A stretch of DNA of 64,000 nt. Origin: Albugo candida. Taxonomy: Eukaryota. The stretch lies in contig JBDOQK010000064.1 of NCBI GenBank assembly GCA_040437565.1, positions 1 through 64,000 of the forward strand, read 5' to 3'. Under the pieces are notes generated by a model, which saw only the letters and a list, made by a program, of their open reading frames with translations, was not told the origin of the DNA and ran no database searches. The position numbers were made by a program, and so were the translations under genes. Every line of letters starts with the position of its first letter. The stretch's first letter is position 1. This document shows, in pieces, positions 1-11,301 of the stretch.

Positions 1-92
1 TTGGTGCACGCGGCGCCTTTATATCGCTTTCTTGGTGACATGGTGCTGTAACACGATTGACATATTTCTTTGATGAAAGGAAATCTACCTCA

Positions 93-533
<441 letters not shown>

Positions 534-1027
534 GGGAGTCGCTATGGCCACAGACATTAATCCTAAGGCCACAGTCAAAACTACTACGGCCACAGACAAT
601 TGATCTAACCAATCACAGCTTACAAAATTATATCGTTGCTAAGTACGCCAGAACTGGCGAAGCAGCAAATGAAAATTATACCTTTCGCGCAGCCAACCCC
701 ACGTAGTGACATTTTTNNNNNNNNNNNNNNNNNNNNNNNNNNNNNNNNNNNNNNNNNNNNNNNNNNNNNNNNNNNNNNNNNNNNNNNNNNNNNNNNNNNN
801 NNNNNNNNNNNNNNNNCTACCATATACAGATATCAGGAAAAAACCGTACCAACGCTAGAACAATATAACAAAAACATGCGTAAGAAACAGAATGAGCTCG
901 TGTGCAAAAGTATACAAGTGACCTGATTGGCTGGCGTAATTAGCAACAATTGAATTTTGTGAGCTGTGATTGGTTAGATCAACTGTCTGTGGCCGTAGTA
1001 GTTTTGTATGTGGCCATAGCGGCTCCC
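534..1027 (+). mobile_element. Non-autonomous, internally deleted Mutator-like (MULE) element
   Basis: ~100-bp TIRs (gggagtcgctatggccaca... / ...tgtggccatagcggctccc). Interior matches 29341-29405 and 30167-30235 of the larger element at 27761-30369. Contains an N gap. Confidence 0.9.
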
Positions 1028-1092
1028 TAATAAAGAAAGCTGTAATAATAATTATACATACAAATAAAGAAGGCTATGAAAACTTAAACCTG
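1028..1092 (-). pseudogene. cox1: NUMT: cox1 fragment, part right of the MULE insertion
   Basis: Minus strand GLSFH.L/LFV...IITAF corresponds to the COX1 segment directly upstream of the 386-533 piece. One frameshift. Confidence 0.8.
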
Positions 1093-1129
1093 AAAAAAAA
1101 TGAAAAATATAAAAGTCTCAAAAATAGGG

Positions 1130-1436
1130 TATTGATATCCCGACAACTTTTTTTTTTATTACATTTTTTTTTTTCATTTTAAGTTACATCACGCCTAGTT
1201 AATTAATGCTCCCACAACTTTTTTGTAACAATAAATAATGGTTTCGATATCCCGACAACTTTTTTTTTAAATTGCACTCATTTTTAATTTAGATTACGCC
1301 ATGCCTACTTAATTATTGTAACAATAAATAATAGTTTCGATATCCCGTCAACTTTTTCTTAAATTACATTTATTTTTAATTCAAATTACGCCATGCCTAC
1401 TCAAATTATTACTCCCACAACTATTTGAAAAAATAA
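1130..1436. repeat. AT-rich tandem repeat, ~95-110 bp unit, about 3 copies, runs into gap
   Basis: gatatcccg(a/t)caactttttt...tta(c/t)..ca(c/t)gccta..taatt recurs at about 1134, 1246 and 1339. Confidence 0.85.
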
Positions 1437-1698
1437 NNNNNNNNNNNNNNNNNNNNNNNNNNNNNNNNNNNNNNNNNNNNNNNNNNNNNNNNNNNNNNNN
1501 NNNNNNNNNNNNNNNNNNNNNNNNNNNNNNNNNNNNTTCATAAATGTATGAAGGGTGGGGGCTGATTTACGATTCCCGTAATTTGTTTTTATTTCTTCTC
1601 TTATATTTGTTTAAACCAGTCAAAGGCCACAATCGCCCTTAATTTATGGAGGCTGAGTGCTGATTACAGAAAAGGTGAGTGCTGAATAAAGATTCCCT

Positions 1699-2654
1699 TA
1701 GGAAATTGTTATATTCACTCCTTTTTCACTCCCTAATACGTCACGTGACCAGAAAAGTTAAATTGACTTGCTTCCGATTAAATTCACTCGTCTACGTGAT
1801 TACTCCTCAGTAAGAGAACCTTTTTCCCTCTCCGTAACTTACCTTCCACCAACTTTAACTATGCAGCGTGAGAATGGTACTGTAAAGAGAGCGCTCACTG
1901 TAGCAAGGCAGTCATGCCAGAACGGAGGCACATGGAAACAGACACCATACTTTCTGTTTCTCAATACAGCGGATGCAACCGACTTGTATTCGACATCAAC
2001 ATTGAAGGCCTTGCTCCCAGCGAACGATAATGGCATGTAAGGAGATGCTGCCATTCACGCAATAACAGAACACTGACGCGCAGCAAATGCCAGACCTCTG
2101 TGCATAGCTGACGCGATGAGCACTCCAGACATGCTATCTCTGCAAGAGGTCGAATATGGTAGCCGTGAAGAATTGCTTTCTGCAGCTCAGAAATGCGCTC
2201 TTGGGCATGGATACGCAATGACTGCCAAACGTTAGGCTACCGGAAAAATGCATTCTTGAAATGTGACCGTGGTGGTGCACACCTGTCCCAAGTATCAGAA
2301 CGGAAGCTACAAAAAGCATCTCGGCGTATTCAATGCCCCTTTCTCCTCTCAGCGAATTATCTATGTGTGTCCCGTGACTGAAAAAGTAGTGGATATAACA
2401 ATTCCCTAGATATAAATAAGAAGTGTACATAGTATAATAATGTGTGCCGCTTGACTTAAAAGGGAGTGAATATAACAGTTCCCTAAATATAAGTAAAAAA
2501 TATACATAGTATAATAATGTGTACCACCTGACTTAAAAAGGGAGTGAATTTAACAAAACGGGAGTGAAGATAACAATTCCCTAAATAAAAAGTATACATA
2601 GTGTAGTTATATGTGCCACCTGATTCAAAAAGGGAGTGAATATAACAATTCCCT
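1699..2654 (+). mobile_element. Degenerate MULE/FAR1-type DNA transposon with tandemly amplified right TIR
   Basis: Left taggaaattgttatattcactcc is inverted to repeated gggagtgaatataacaattccct. 2131-2360 encodes a broken FAR1-like N-terminus (EELLSAAQKCALGHGYAMTAKR* / LKCDRGG...KASRRIQCPF). Confidence 0.75.
2375..2654. repeat. Tandem array of a ~78-90 bp TIR-containing unit, about 4 copies
   Basis: gggagtgaatataacaattccctaaat...tacatagtataataatgtgt(a/g)cc(a/g)c.tgact repeated. Confidence 0.85.
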
Positions 2655-2662
2655 GAATTTAC

Positions 2663-3528
2663 TGTATCGACGCACTGGTTTGAGATAATTGTAATGTACA
2701 TTCATCATATGTGCGCGAACAACATCAGAAGGAACAAGCATCCGACCTGGAATCAGCACACTGTTCAAAGGAATGATGCCAGTGCAAATGTAGAAGTGTT
2801 ATTTATTGTTATCTACATGCTACGACGGTTTCGTCTCTTCACAAGACATCCTCTTCGCCTGGTTTCTACACCGTTCAAGGATAGGAACAGCCGTTACTCC
2901 GAAGTGATCTGCCGACAGCAACGCTGTGACAGCGACTGTTGCTCTTCCAATATTCCTCCTCGGACGACGCGCTCCAACCTGCCCACCTGCCACAATCACA
3001 CAAGATTGAACAATACCCGCAACTCCGTCACCCTGGGCGTCGACAGTGTTTTCGTCAACAGGTCCGCCTTCATGAGCTTTGACGCGATAAATTCAGGTTT
3101 CACTATCCCTTTTTTGGCATAATCGCAGATGAACTTCATGCGCACATCCACGTGTTTCGTACTTGACATGCTTCCTTCACACTTTAACTGCCTGGTTGAA
3201 GCTGGATTGTCCATCAGCATGCTCATTGATTCCTTCACAGCAAGACCAATCTCGTTTAGCATCTGTCGCAATCCCAACAGCTCCCTTCCGACGTGCGATG
3301 TCAAGGTAAATTCTGTCTCCATGGTGGACAGAGACACTCCAGTCTTCCTTTTGCATATCCACTGCACGATCACTTCATTCATCGCAAGTACCCCACCAGT
3401 TATTGCCTTGCGATTGGTTTTGTTTGCTGCGAAGTCTGAGTCGCTCCAGCTTGTCAACGTGATACCACAATCTTGTGGGTCAATAATCGTGTAAATCTTC
3501 ATGTCTTTTGTTGCTTTCAAGTATCGAG
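2663..3528 (-). mobile_element. Ty1/copia LTR retrotransposon 3' part (RNase H, PPT, putative 3' LTR)
   Basis: ORF 2996-3520 has WSDSDFAA...SLSTMETEF...MDN...KHVDVRMKFI...ADLLTK (copia RNase H). Minus strand gaggaggaa-tattgga at 2961-2946 is PPT plus LTR start. Left boundary uncertain. Confidence 0.9.
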
Positions 3529-3628
3529 NNNNNNNNNNNNNNNNNNNNNNNNNNNNNNNNNNNNNNNNNNNNNNNNNNNNNNNNNNNNNNNNNNNNNNNN
3601 NNNNNNNNNNNNNNNNNNNNNNNNNNNN

Positions 3629-5163
3629 AGCAATCGGGGAAATCAGATGCCGATGAGTTTTCTGAGCTTGACGCCGAACCGAAAACAGGTGTGCAAAAGG
3701 CCCGAAAACGTCATTTTCCGCGTCGATTGCTCACACATTTGATCGTTGAGCGCCGCGATTTCGTTGTGAAAATTGCGGTAATACCGAGCAAAATAATTTT
3801 ATTACGGATTACGCTCGAGGCGATACAATATGTAACGGACCGGATGGAAATGGATGTGGAACCGTAGTGCAAGATCATATCGTGCACAAACGCAGTGCGT
3901 ATCGAAAGTTTGAAGGGGAGGAAGATCAATCGCATCACGGGCCGGCTCCAAACAAATTGTTTTCGACCAGCCACAATCTCCGGACGTTGATTTCACAGGT
4001 CTTTTACACATGCAGTCTCATTTGCTGTGGATTTTGTAACGAATTTGATCTTTAGGACGGCGAAATGGCTGGTAACTTGAGACGAGCGGCAGAGTTTGTG
4101 GAGATGAATCTCAGTCAGATGGGTAAGGATGAACGACGAACTCGTGTCGGATACAAGGATCAGGTACATTGCTCTTGTATGGCTAGGAATGCATCAGGGG
4201 AATGACGTCCAAGTGTAGATGAAACAAAAGGCCTGTCGACTGATTGACCACACAGTAAGCAATTTATATCTTCACGAAATAGTTGACAATCGCGCCAAAA
4301 AGATGTTTGCCGAATTTCGAGACGTTCGCGAACATGCGCACCNNNNNNNNNNNNNNNNNNNNNNNNNNNNNNNNNNNNNNNNNNNNNNNNNNNNNNNNNN
4401 NNNNNNNNNNNNNNNNNNNNNNNNNNNNNNNNNNNNNNNNNNTGTGTCATTGCAGCTTACATGGCCACAGGTCGTGAAATGTATACCGCTCAACATGGCC
4501 TTTGCGTGGAAGTGGATCCATTCGGCAATTCTGTTCCTAGCAAACCTGTCGATAAAAGCAGTCTAATAAAACTGTCAATGATAAATTGAAGGAAGTGGGG
4601 ATGAGGTCAAGTCTTCATGGCCCTTATGAGTTGGGCTACACACGTTTTTATAAATTTTTGAAATTTCGTTAGAAATTTTTTTTATTTTTACTTAATAAAA
4701 ACCATTTTATATGAGACCAAACTGCATGCATTCACTTGTACACTCTGCGATATGAAGTTTAACGCTCGACGTGGAATGCAATTTCACAAATGCACAGGCC
4801 GACCCGATACAGTCAAAGTGGAAAATGGTTCTTTGGAGAATCTGACGCCTTTGGACCTTCCGATGGAACTTCAGCCTATTGCCGTGATGCGTGATGGAAA
4901 GAAATGGTTCAAATGTCCAATTTGCGCTCGAATGTATGCCAATGAAGAAAGCCTCCGCGAGCATGTGAGCCGCCATAAGAATTAAAGCCAGAAGCGAAGA
5001 GAACCGATAGAGACTAGTACTGTAGATCCCATTCGACAGCAGAAACGGACAAAGCTGGCATCAGCCAATCCATCTGTCCAAGTGAATAGAAATGAGCAGG
5101 TTATGTTTCGTGGCGCAGGTCGACGTCCATGGATAAATATTTGCAAGAAGAGAATAATATGAA
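3629..5163 (+). pseudogene. TFIIB-related protein (Zn ribbon + cyclin-like fold) with C-terminal C2H2-type zinc fingers, disrupted
   Basis: GT-AG introns 3689-3750, 3999-4055 and 4164-4218 join FRCENCGN...TDYARGDTICNGPDGNGCGTVVQDHIV, AEFVEMNLSQ and RAKKMFAEFRD. After the gap: CVIAAY...VDKS, then a 147-nt insertion, then FTCTLC..HKC and FKCPIC...H...H. In-frame TAA at 4983-4985 is followed by further open frame. Continuity across the gap is inferred. Confidence 0.75.
4562..4645 (+). pseudogene. rns: NUMT: SSU rRNA (probably mitochondrial rns) fragment
   Basis: actgtcaatgataaattgaaggaagtggggatgaggtcaagtcttcatggcccttatgagttgggctacacacgt matches a conserved 16S-type segment. AT-shifted, followed by an AT-rich tail to ~4707. 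Confidence 0.9.
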
Positions 5164-5288
5164 GCGATTATAGCCAATGGAAGGGTCATCTGGTATTTGT
5201 ATACAATAGGAAGTGGTGCTTATTGCGTTTTTGTAGCCAATGGTAGATGCTTTAACGATGATAATACCCAATAAACGTAATGCAAAAG

Positions 5289-5825
5289 TTATCGATTGCC
5301 TGTGATATCGGTTAATTCCAAGATGGTATCTGTTGTTACTATTTTAACGTGCTCGCCTTTCGCCTTTAATATCGATTCAATATCGGTTAATTCTTCTTCA
5401 AACCAGCCCAAGCGATCAGCAATGAGATGCAGATTTTCATAGTGAGGACAGCGTACGAGCACGACGCCGTGAAAGTAGGCGTGTTTGCTAAGCGTTTTGG
5501 CAGATCTAGTCTCACACACTAAGTACAAAAGTGTTAGTCGGAATGCTAAGAACGGCGTTTGATTACCTTTGCATGTATAGAGCATGACGAATTTCTCTCC
5601 AGGTGACGAGACGCCAGGAATGGCAGGATTCTGATCAGTTTCACGTACAGGAGTAGATGTACCTTTGGCGCTAAAGCATCGACTGCCGAGCTGCCGTTTT
5701 GTTTTGAATGATGCACATGGTGTTGGATACAGCGAAAAGCGGCTTTGAAAAAGAAGTTGCTGCACGTCTCGACGGTTTGATTGTAGTCGTTTGGATGCAG
5801 CGAGCAAAAGATGTCGTCTGTACAT
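5289..5825 (-). CDS. DNL-type zinc finger mitochondrial Hsp70 escort protein (Zim17/Tim15/Hep1-like), possibly defective
   Basis: Basic presequence-like MYRRHLL. A 48-nt GT-AG intron at 5519-5566 gives YTCKVCETRS...AYFHGVVLVRCPHYENLHLIADRLGWF. The fourth Zn Cys position is Tyr. Confidence 0.85.
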   Translation of the reverse strand: MYRRHLLLAASKRLQSNRRDVQQLLFQSRFSLYPTPCASFKTKRQLGSRCFSAKGTSTPVRETDQNPAIPGVSSPGEKFVMLYTCKGNQTPFLAFRLTLLYLVCETRSAKTLSKHAYFHGVVLVRCPHYENLHLIADRLGWFEEELTDIESILKAKGEHVKIVTTDTILELTDITGNR

Positions 5826-5959
5826 CCTCCACTCTGCTGATTGGCAACGAGCANNNNNNNNNNNNNNNNNNNNNNNNNNNNNNNNNNNNNNNNNNNNNNN
5901 NNNNNNNNNNNNNNNNNNNNNNNNNNNNNNNNNNNNNNNNNNNNNNNNNNNNNCGAATG

Positions 5960-6785
5960 AATGCAAAAGAGAACCTTTTGGAATTGGAGAGATTTTGGAG
6001 AGGGTTTCAGCTTCAGGAAAGTGAGTGGGAAACAAAAAGGCAACAGGATCCGATTTCGCGGATTCGTCGACGGCTTCAAAGACGCTATAACGTGCAGGGA
6101 TAGTGCGGGTGTCCAGTGGGTGTGCATTTGGAAGGAGCAATGGATTTGTAGTGGTTTCTCACTGCGGAGGGGTTCAAGTACAAGTTCGATTCATCGGCAA
6201 ATATCATTTGGTTTGGATCGCATTCGAAGGTGTACTATGAGCACAGACTCGCGATGAATTCCAAGGAACGCTGGCAACCTGCTCAATCCATCATTTTGAA
6301 TAAGCAGCGCGTCCATTTCGTACATGTTCTGTGTCCAAAGCCTTTCACTGATAACGATATCTCGACACCGAATGAGTTAGTGACAGGAGCTAACATTCAG
6401 TGTCGTGCCTTATACTCATTTCACGAGACAGAATGTTGGTTCTTCGAGGACGGTCAAGTGTGAAATAACAAGGCAATGCGTTCGAATGTTGTGTTTTGGA
6501 TTGAACAGAGGTGTCTCGAGAGGTCTGTTTTCTAATGTGATCGATAGGCTTGCATGCAATGCGCAAGTGCTGCATTTGGATGAGATCGAGATTTCTGCGG
6601 GAATGAATGGAGACTTCAGAGTATCGATGAGTAAAATTGACGGGTAGACGTCTTGGGATGATGAGTGGTCGAGATACGTGTAAAGATTGTAAATCCGCAC
6701 TAAAAGGTAGAAGGTGTTTTGTATAGACGACTAGGGAAAATGAAATATGCAAAATACGTACAGATCCGAGGGAAGTTGCGATTAC
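5960..6785 (-). pseudogene. Decayed effector-like gene, paralog of 15730-16015
   Basis: 6500-6785 is clearly similar to 15730-16015 at DNA level. Shared frame SPQKS..H...AH..QAYRSH...DLSR with stops. Left boundary uncertain. Confidence 0.45.
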
Positions 6786-7210
6786 GGCTTGTAGCAACTA
6801 CATGTGGCTAGCACGAACCAATACATCGCGTCGCTGTTATCCAAACCTTTATAAACACGGTTGCCACAGTGTATTGCATTTCGTGCGCAGTAGAGAATTC
6901 CAGCACGTGATCTTCCTGGAAAGAAATTCCGGATCAACACCTTTATGGTCGGATTGGCAAACTTAAAGTATTCCATCTTTTCATCGATGATGTCCATTTC
7001 TCTATCATATGTAGGATTACCTTGACGAGCTTTCAGTTGCGTAATAACTGAATTTACTTCATCCTTGTCGCCAGGATACACATGACATCTGAGGGATTCA
7101 CAGTAACCCGGAGGAAATGTTGGCGCTTTAAGTGGGCTCTGAAAATTCTTCTGCGTTGTCAGTGTGGAGAAAATGACCACGAGTACAGTAGTTGATATAG
7201 TTTTAATCAT
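6782..7210 (-). CDS. Small secreted Cys-containing protein (142 aa), candidate effector
   Basis: Intact intronless ATG-to-stop ORF, hydrophobic N-terminus MIKTISTTVLVVIFSTLTT, 6 Cys, ends ATCSCYKP. 5' leader shared with the 9800 and 21735 genes. Confidence 0.75.
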   Translation of the reverse strand: MIKTISTTVLVVIFSTLTTQKNFQSPLKAPTFPPGYCESLRCHVYPGDKDEVNSVITQLKARQGNPTYDREMDIIDEKMEYFKFANPTIKVLIRNFFPGRSRAGILYCARNAIHCGNRVYKGLDNSDAMYWFVLATCSCYKP

Positions 7211-7408
7211 TTGAATTGGTGTGAGCCTTACGTCTTAGCTAATGGTTCTGAAAACGACAGCGCTGCGTACAGGATACGTGTATACCTGTTCTCCTTCCTC
7301 TACCCATGTTCTGTTTAACCTATCGTAATTGATCTTTTCAGTATGGAACCTAACCATCTTCTATCCCTTGCATCTGATTCCCATTTCACATAATAAGCCT
7401 TGCATAAA

Positions 7409-7485
7409 TAGGAAATTGTTATATTCACTCCCTTTTCGGTTAAATTCACTCCCTTTCAAGTCACGTGACCCACATTATTATACAT
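7409..7485. mobile_element. Solo TIR of the 1699-2654 MULE family
   Basis: taggaaattgttatattcactccc...ttcactccc...gtcacgtgacc closely matches 1699-1750. Confidence 0.75.
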
Positions 7486-9341
7486 TCAAACATATTTTGA
7501 GGGCTCTAGATGGAATTTGGAAAGCAAGATGTATTAAGAGTAAGAGGTCCTTAGTTCACTTTACTAGCTAGTCTAAGCCTTCTCGTACTAGACGCCCACA
7601 GCCAGGGGTGCCGTACCCATCTCAGTCAGTTTAGCACTTGAGCGCACGGACCCCCTGCCGGAGGTCGTCAGTTCCATCCCCGGCAGTGTGGGCAGCAGTT
7701 TCAGCCTACCCAAGCAATAAGCTTGGAAAATATCTGCCTGCCTAGGTTTGAAGTCAGACTTAAGTGATATTCACACGGTCAGGGGCTCATGATAGGATAA
7801 GGAAGGTATTTATAGAACCAGATAAACAGTGTAATGAAATTCTTGACNNNNNNNNNNNNNNNNNNNNNNNNNNNNNNNNNNNNNNNNNNNNNNNNNNNNN
7901 NNNNNNNNNNNNNNNNNNNNNNNNNNNNNNNNNNNNNNNNNNNNNNNAGGTTTGAAGTCAGACTTAAGTGATATTCACACGGTCAGGGGCTCATGATAGG
8001 ATAAGGAAGGTATTTATAGAACCAGATAAACAGTGTAATGAAATTCTTGACAAAGTAGCATTGTTACTTCGAGAACAAGTATTGGACAATTTATATACCT
8101 CATTCCAAAGTGTTTATGTGACCACTTCTTAGACGCTAAAATTATCCAACAAACTGAAGCTGGATATCAAGTCGGTTTGTTCGCTCAGCAGTTGCGAGTC
8201 GTGGGCACAAGCAACATATATCCATAATTGATGTCAAAAACGTGTCACTTACTCAGGAAAGCATTGTTCTTATCGCTAGGTAAGATCAGCAATAAAAGCG
8301 TTCTATTTGTCTTGACACTCGTTTGTCTGATACGCGTAGGCAATCAATGCGTAGCGACATATCGAGCAACCACATTTCGCAGTGCGTTCTCAATGAACGT
8401 TTTCCTGATCAACATAGTCAATAACATCGTTCTCACATTTTATACGTCCGTCAAACGTTCAGAAAAGCAGGAATGTAAATGACGAATAACAAAGCAAGTT
8501 TTTGTATAGAACTTGCTTCTTTATCGCACCCTGATATTGCTGGACTTCTACTTAAAATAGTTTTCGTCCGTGCGCACCTGAGATTGATATGTATCCGAAT
8601 TAGCGATATAAAACTGCGAGGATAGACACCGATCAAGTTGCTTCTCGATAGCAGGCGTACTTTCTCATTTACTTCGAAAGCAAGGGAGGTACTTGCTACC
8701 TTCTCGAGAGCTTGTTAGAGTACTATCTGTTTGGCATTCCGAGCGTGATCTACTTTCCGTTATCAGTAAACGACTTCCTGTTTCTAACAGCAATAGAACG
8801 ATCAAAGTAAGGGAGGATTTGTGCCGCCAAGGAGAGCCATCATCGCTTCTTGCACTCACGATCAGTCCAAGAAAGGTACAAAGCTTACGACTTGAGAATT
8901 CCCGACAATTGAAGAATTTCTTAAGAATATGCATGCATCATAGATGCGCGATTGAATCTCAATTTTTGATAGTCTGGAACGATAGAACCATAAACAAGGA
9001 TGGATATTGCTCTCAATGGAATGATTAAAAAGATAATGAACGAATATTGAATTAAGGAAAAGAAATACCATCCATTTATCATTCGACAGAGCGCGTCGTC
9101 AGCTGAAATTCAATAGGTCAATCATTCAATAACAAAGCTATTTACCGAAGGAATAGGAACAAAAAAACATAGACGAGTATCTACAAGCAGAAGTTTTGGT
9201 GTGCGCTAGAGGATGATGAAGTGCGTCAATCACGTGCAGAGAAATCATAAATTCGGTAAAGAGATGGTAAAGGTTTTTTTCTTTGGATGATTACAGAAAA
9301 GAAAGGGGTGCAGCATACATTCTTCGTATACGAAGTCCGCA

Positions 9342-9800
9342 TTAGTTATAATCCATACTGCATATGGATTGGATATAAAACGCCACTTTTAACATTTCAT
9401 CTTTGTAATCTTTGAGATATTTATACGAACGGCATGGATTCGCGTCCATGAATGCCAGGACACTTTCAATACCCGCACCATCACCGAAATAGTGCGGAAG
9501 TATGAGCTTCGTCAAGCTAATTCCAAGTGCGTTGAATTTAGCAAGGAACCGGTCGGCCAGAGCCCTAAGACGTTTTGTGCAAATGCCAATATCGGTTTGA
9601 GATTGTTTTTTCGAATTACAAAACTCAAAACTTGTAAATATAAATCTCTTCACACCATCCAGTTTTATCATAGGGAGATCCCATTTATAAAAACCACAGG
9701 ATAAGTCCATTGACTGAGCACTGGATGATCCAGCTCCCACCCCAGCATCCGCTTGAACGACAGTGAGGAAGATTACGTTAATCAGTAATATACTGATCAT
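9342..9800 (-). CDS. Small secreted Cys-containing protein (152 aa), candidate effector
   Basis: Intact intronless ORF with signal-peptide-like MISILLINVIFLTVVQA-D, 5 Cys, ends IQSICSMDYN. Confidence 0.8.
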   Translation of the reverse strand: MISILLINVIFLTVVQADAGVGAGSSSAQSMDLSCGFYKWDLPMIKLDGVKRFIFTSFEFCNSKKQSQTDIGICTKRLRALADRFLAKFNALGISLTKLILPHYFGDGAGIESVLAFMDANPCRSYKYLKDYKDEMLKVAFYIQSICSMDYN

Positions 9801-9822
9801 TTGAGGTGTTTGAGGGCCTTGT

Positions 9823-9840
9823 AAAATTGTAAAGTGAGCT
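9823..9840 (-). promoter_or_regulatory. Oomycete INR+FPR-like core promoter
   Basis: Minus strand gctcactttacaatttt, ~25-40 nt upstream of the ATG, fits the oomycete GCTCATTYNNNWTTY-type motif. Nearly identical copy at 21757-21773. Confidence 0.6.
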
Positions 9841-10632
9841 TATGCTTAAATGAATGCTCCAGCGCAGGGTAAGATCTAACTAATCAGACCAGGCTTTGCC
9901 TCAAGTAATCCCCACTGACTTTATTGTGCAATATGTTTCTTCATGCACATGTCGGACGAAAGGCAATGAGTAATGTTCTCACTAGTCGCGATTATGCAAT
10001 GTAATAATCTTATGGCGCCGACAAATCTGGCCCCTAATTACCTGCCTCACATGATAGTCTTTTCCTACGTAACGCCATATCGATTTACAGAGTACGTTGC
10101 TACACATGGAGTAACGGATTGGACCGCAGTNNNNNNNNNNNNNNNNNNNNNNNNNNNNNNNNNNNNNNNNNNNNNNNNNNNNNNNNNNNNNNNNNNNNNN
10201 NNNNNNNNNNNNNNNNNNNNNNNNNNNNNNTTCTTTGAGTATCAGACTGTGTGCATACCAAAATCAGTCGCCAGATAACACGTATATGTCAGCGATCTGA
10301 AAATAAGCAATCGGTATACATAATAAATCTTACTGGGTCGCAATAGTTCTCCTTCGCACAATGGAATTGTTAGAGTTGGAAGAACTTTCAGCAGGCATGA
10401 CTGCGATTATGAGAGTTGCGGTTTCTGATTGTAAATCGCTTTCATGGCCTTAATAGGGGGGGCCAAGACCTGATTAGAATTGCTTATGAAGGATCCAATC
10501 GCTTCTATAGAATCAATGTCAACTTAAGAGCACGCTGAGGAACCTTCAAGTGACAATTGCTCGAGCTACTACATAAGTTATCATAAATTGGGTGCGGACG
10601 AGTGACAAAGTGGCTCAGAGGAACACGTGTGA

Positions 10633-11301
10633 GTGATTAATAAGACAGTCTGTGTTCAGATCACATCAGACGATACGATCATGCAGAATTGGGTGTTCTT
10701 GAGCTTCATGAGACTTGCATCCAAGCCTTCGAATCATTTCAGAAATTCTCATGGGCAATTATCGCACCTCAGTAATGATGCTGTAAGCCTTATGTCACAT
10801 TTCATGTCGTACGACCCAGATTACAATCACAATTACATTTAAAATTACGACGACGATGATGATGGTGATGATGTATACATCAAAGACGAGGAGAATTTAC
10901 TGATCAATGGTTTTGTGAAAATGATGATACTAGCTAAAGTTATTCGAGAAAATGTTCGTATATCGAGTGCTGCGGTTAACGCGACTTGAGTCGATTCTGA
11001 GCACCAAAATACATGTGATGAAAAATGCCAAGGATCGTGAAAATAAGCGATGTATTGGGAGCTGTTTTGCAAGTCATCATCGTCTGTCAACACATTCCAA
11101 TCGCAACATGGAAATCGTCAATGCATTTCGTCAACATATACACAATTATCAGCTTTTCAGCCCGTAACCTTAGACGCCGTCCGCGTGGACGTTATAAGAC
11201 GCTATAAATATGAGAAAGCGCCTGCGGGTTACGACATTGTAATGGTCGCTTTGAATGTTGGAACGCGGGTTACAAACGCGATACATTTCTTAAGAAAATG
11301 A
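10633..11301 (+). pseudogene. Decayed coding sequence of unknown family
   Basis: ORFs 10633-10842 and 11050-11301 share a frame, bridged by NYDDDDDGDDVYIKDEENLLING... with only a few stops. Confidence 0.35.

Noticed and set aside
1130-2654. CRISPR-like appearance of the two repeat arrays
   Set aside because: Whole units repeat with no unique spacers, there are no cas genes, and the context is eukaryotic.
4562-4645. Functional rRNA gene or bacterial contamination
   Set aside because: Only ~85 nt, embedded within an intron-bearing nuclear gene.
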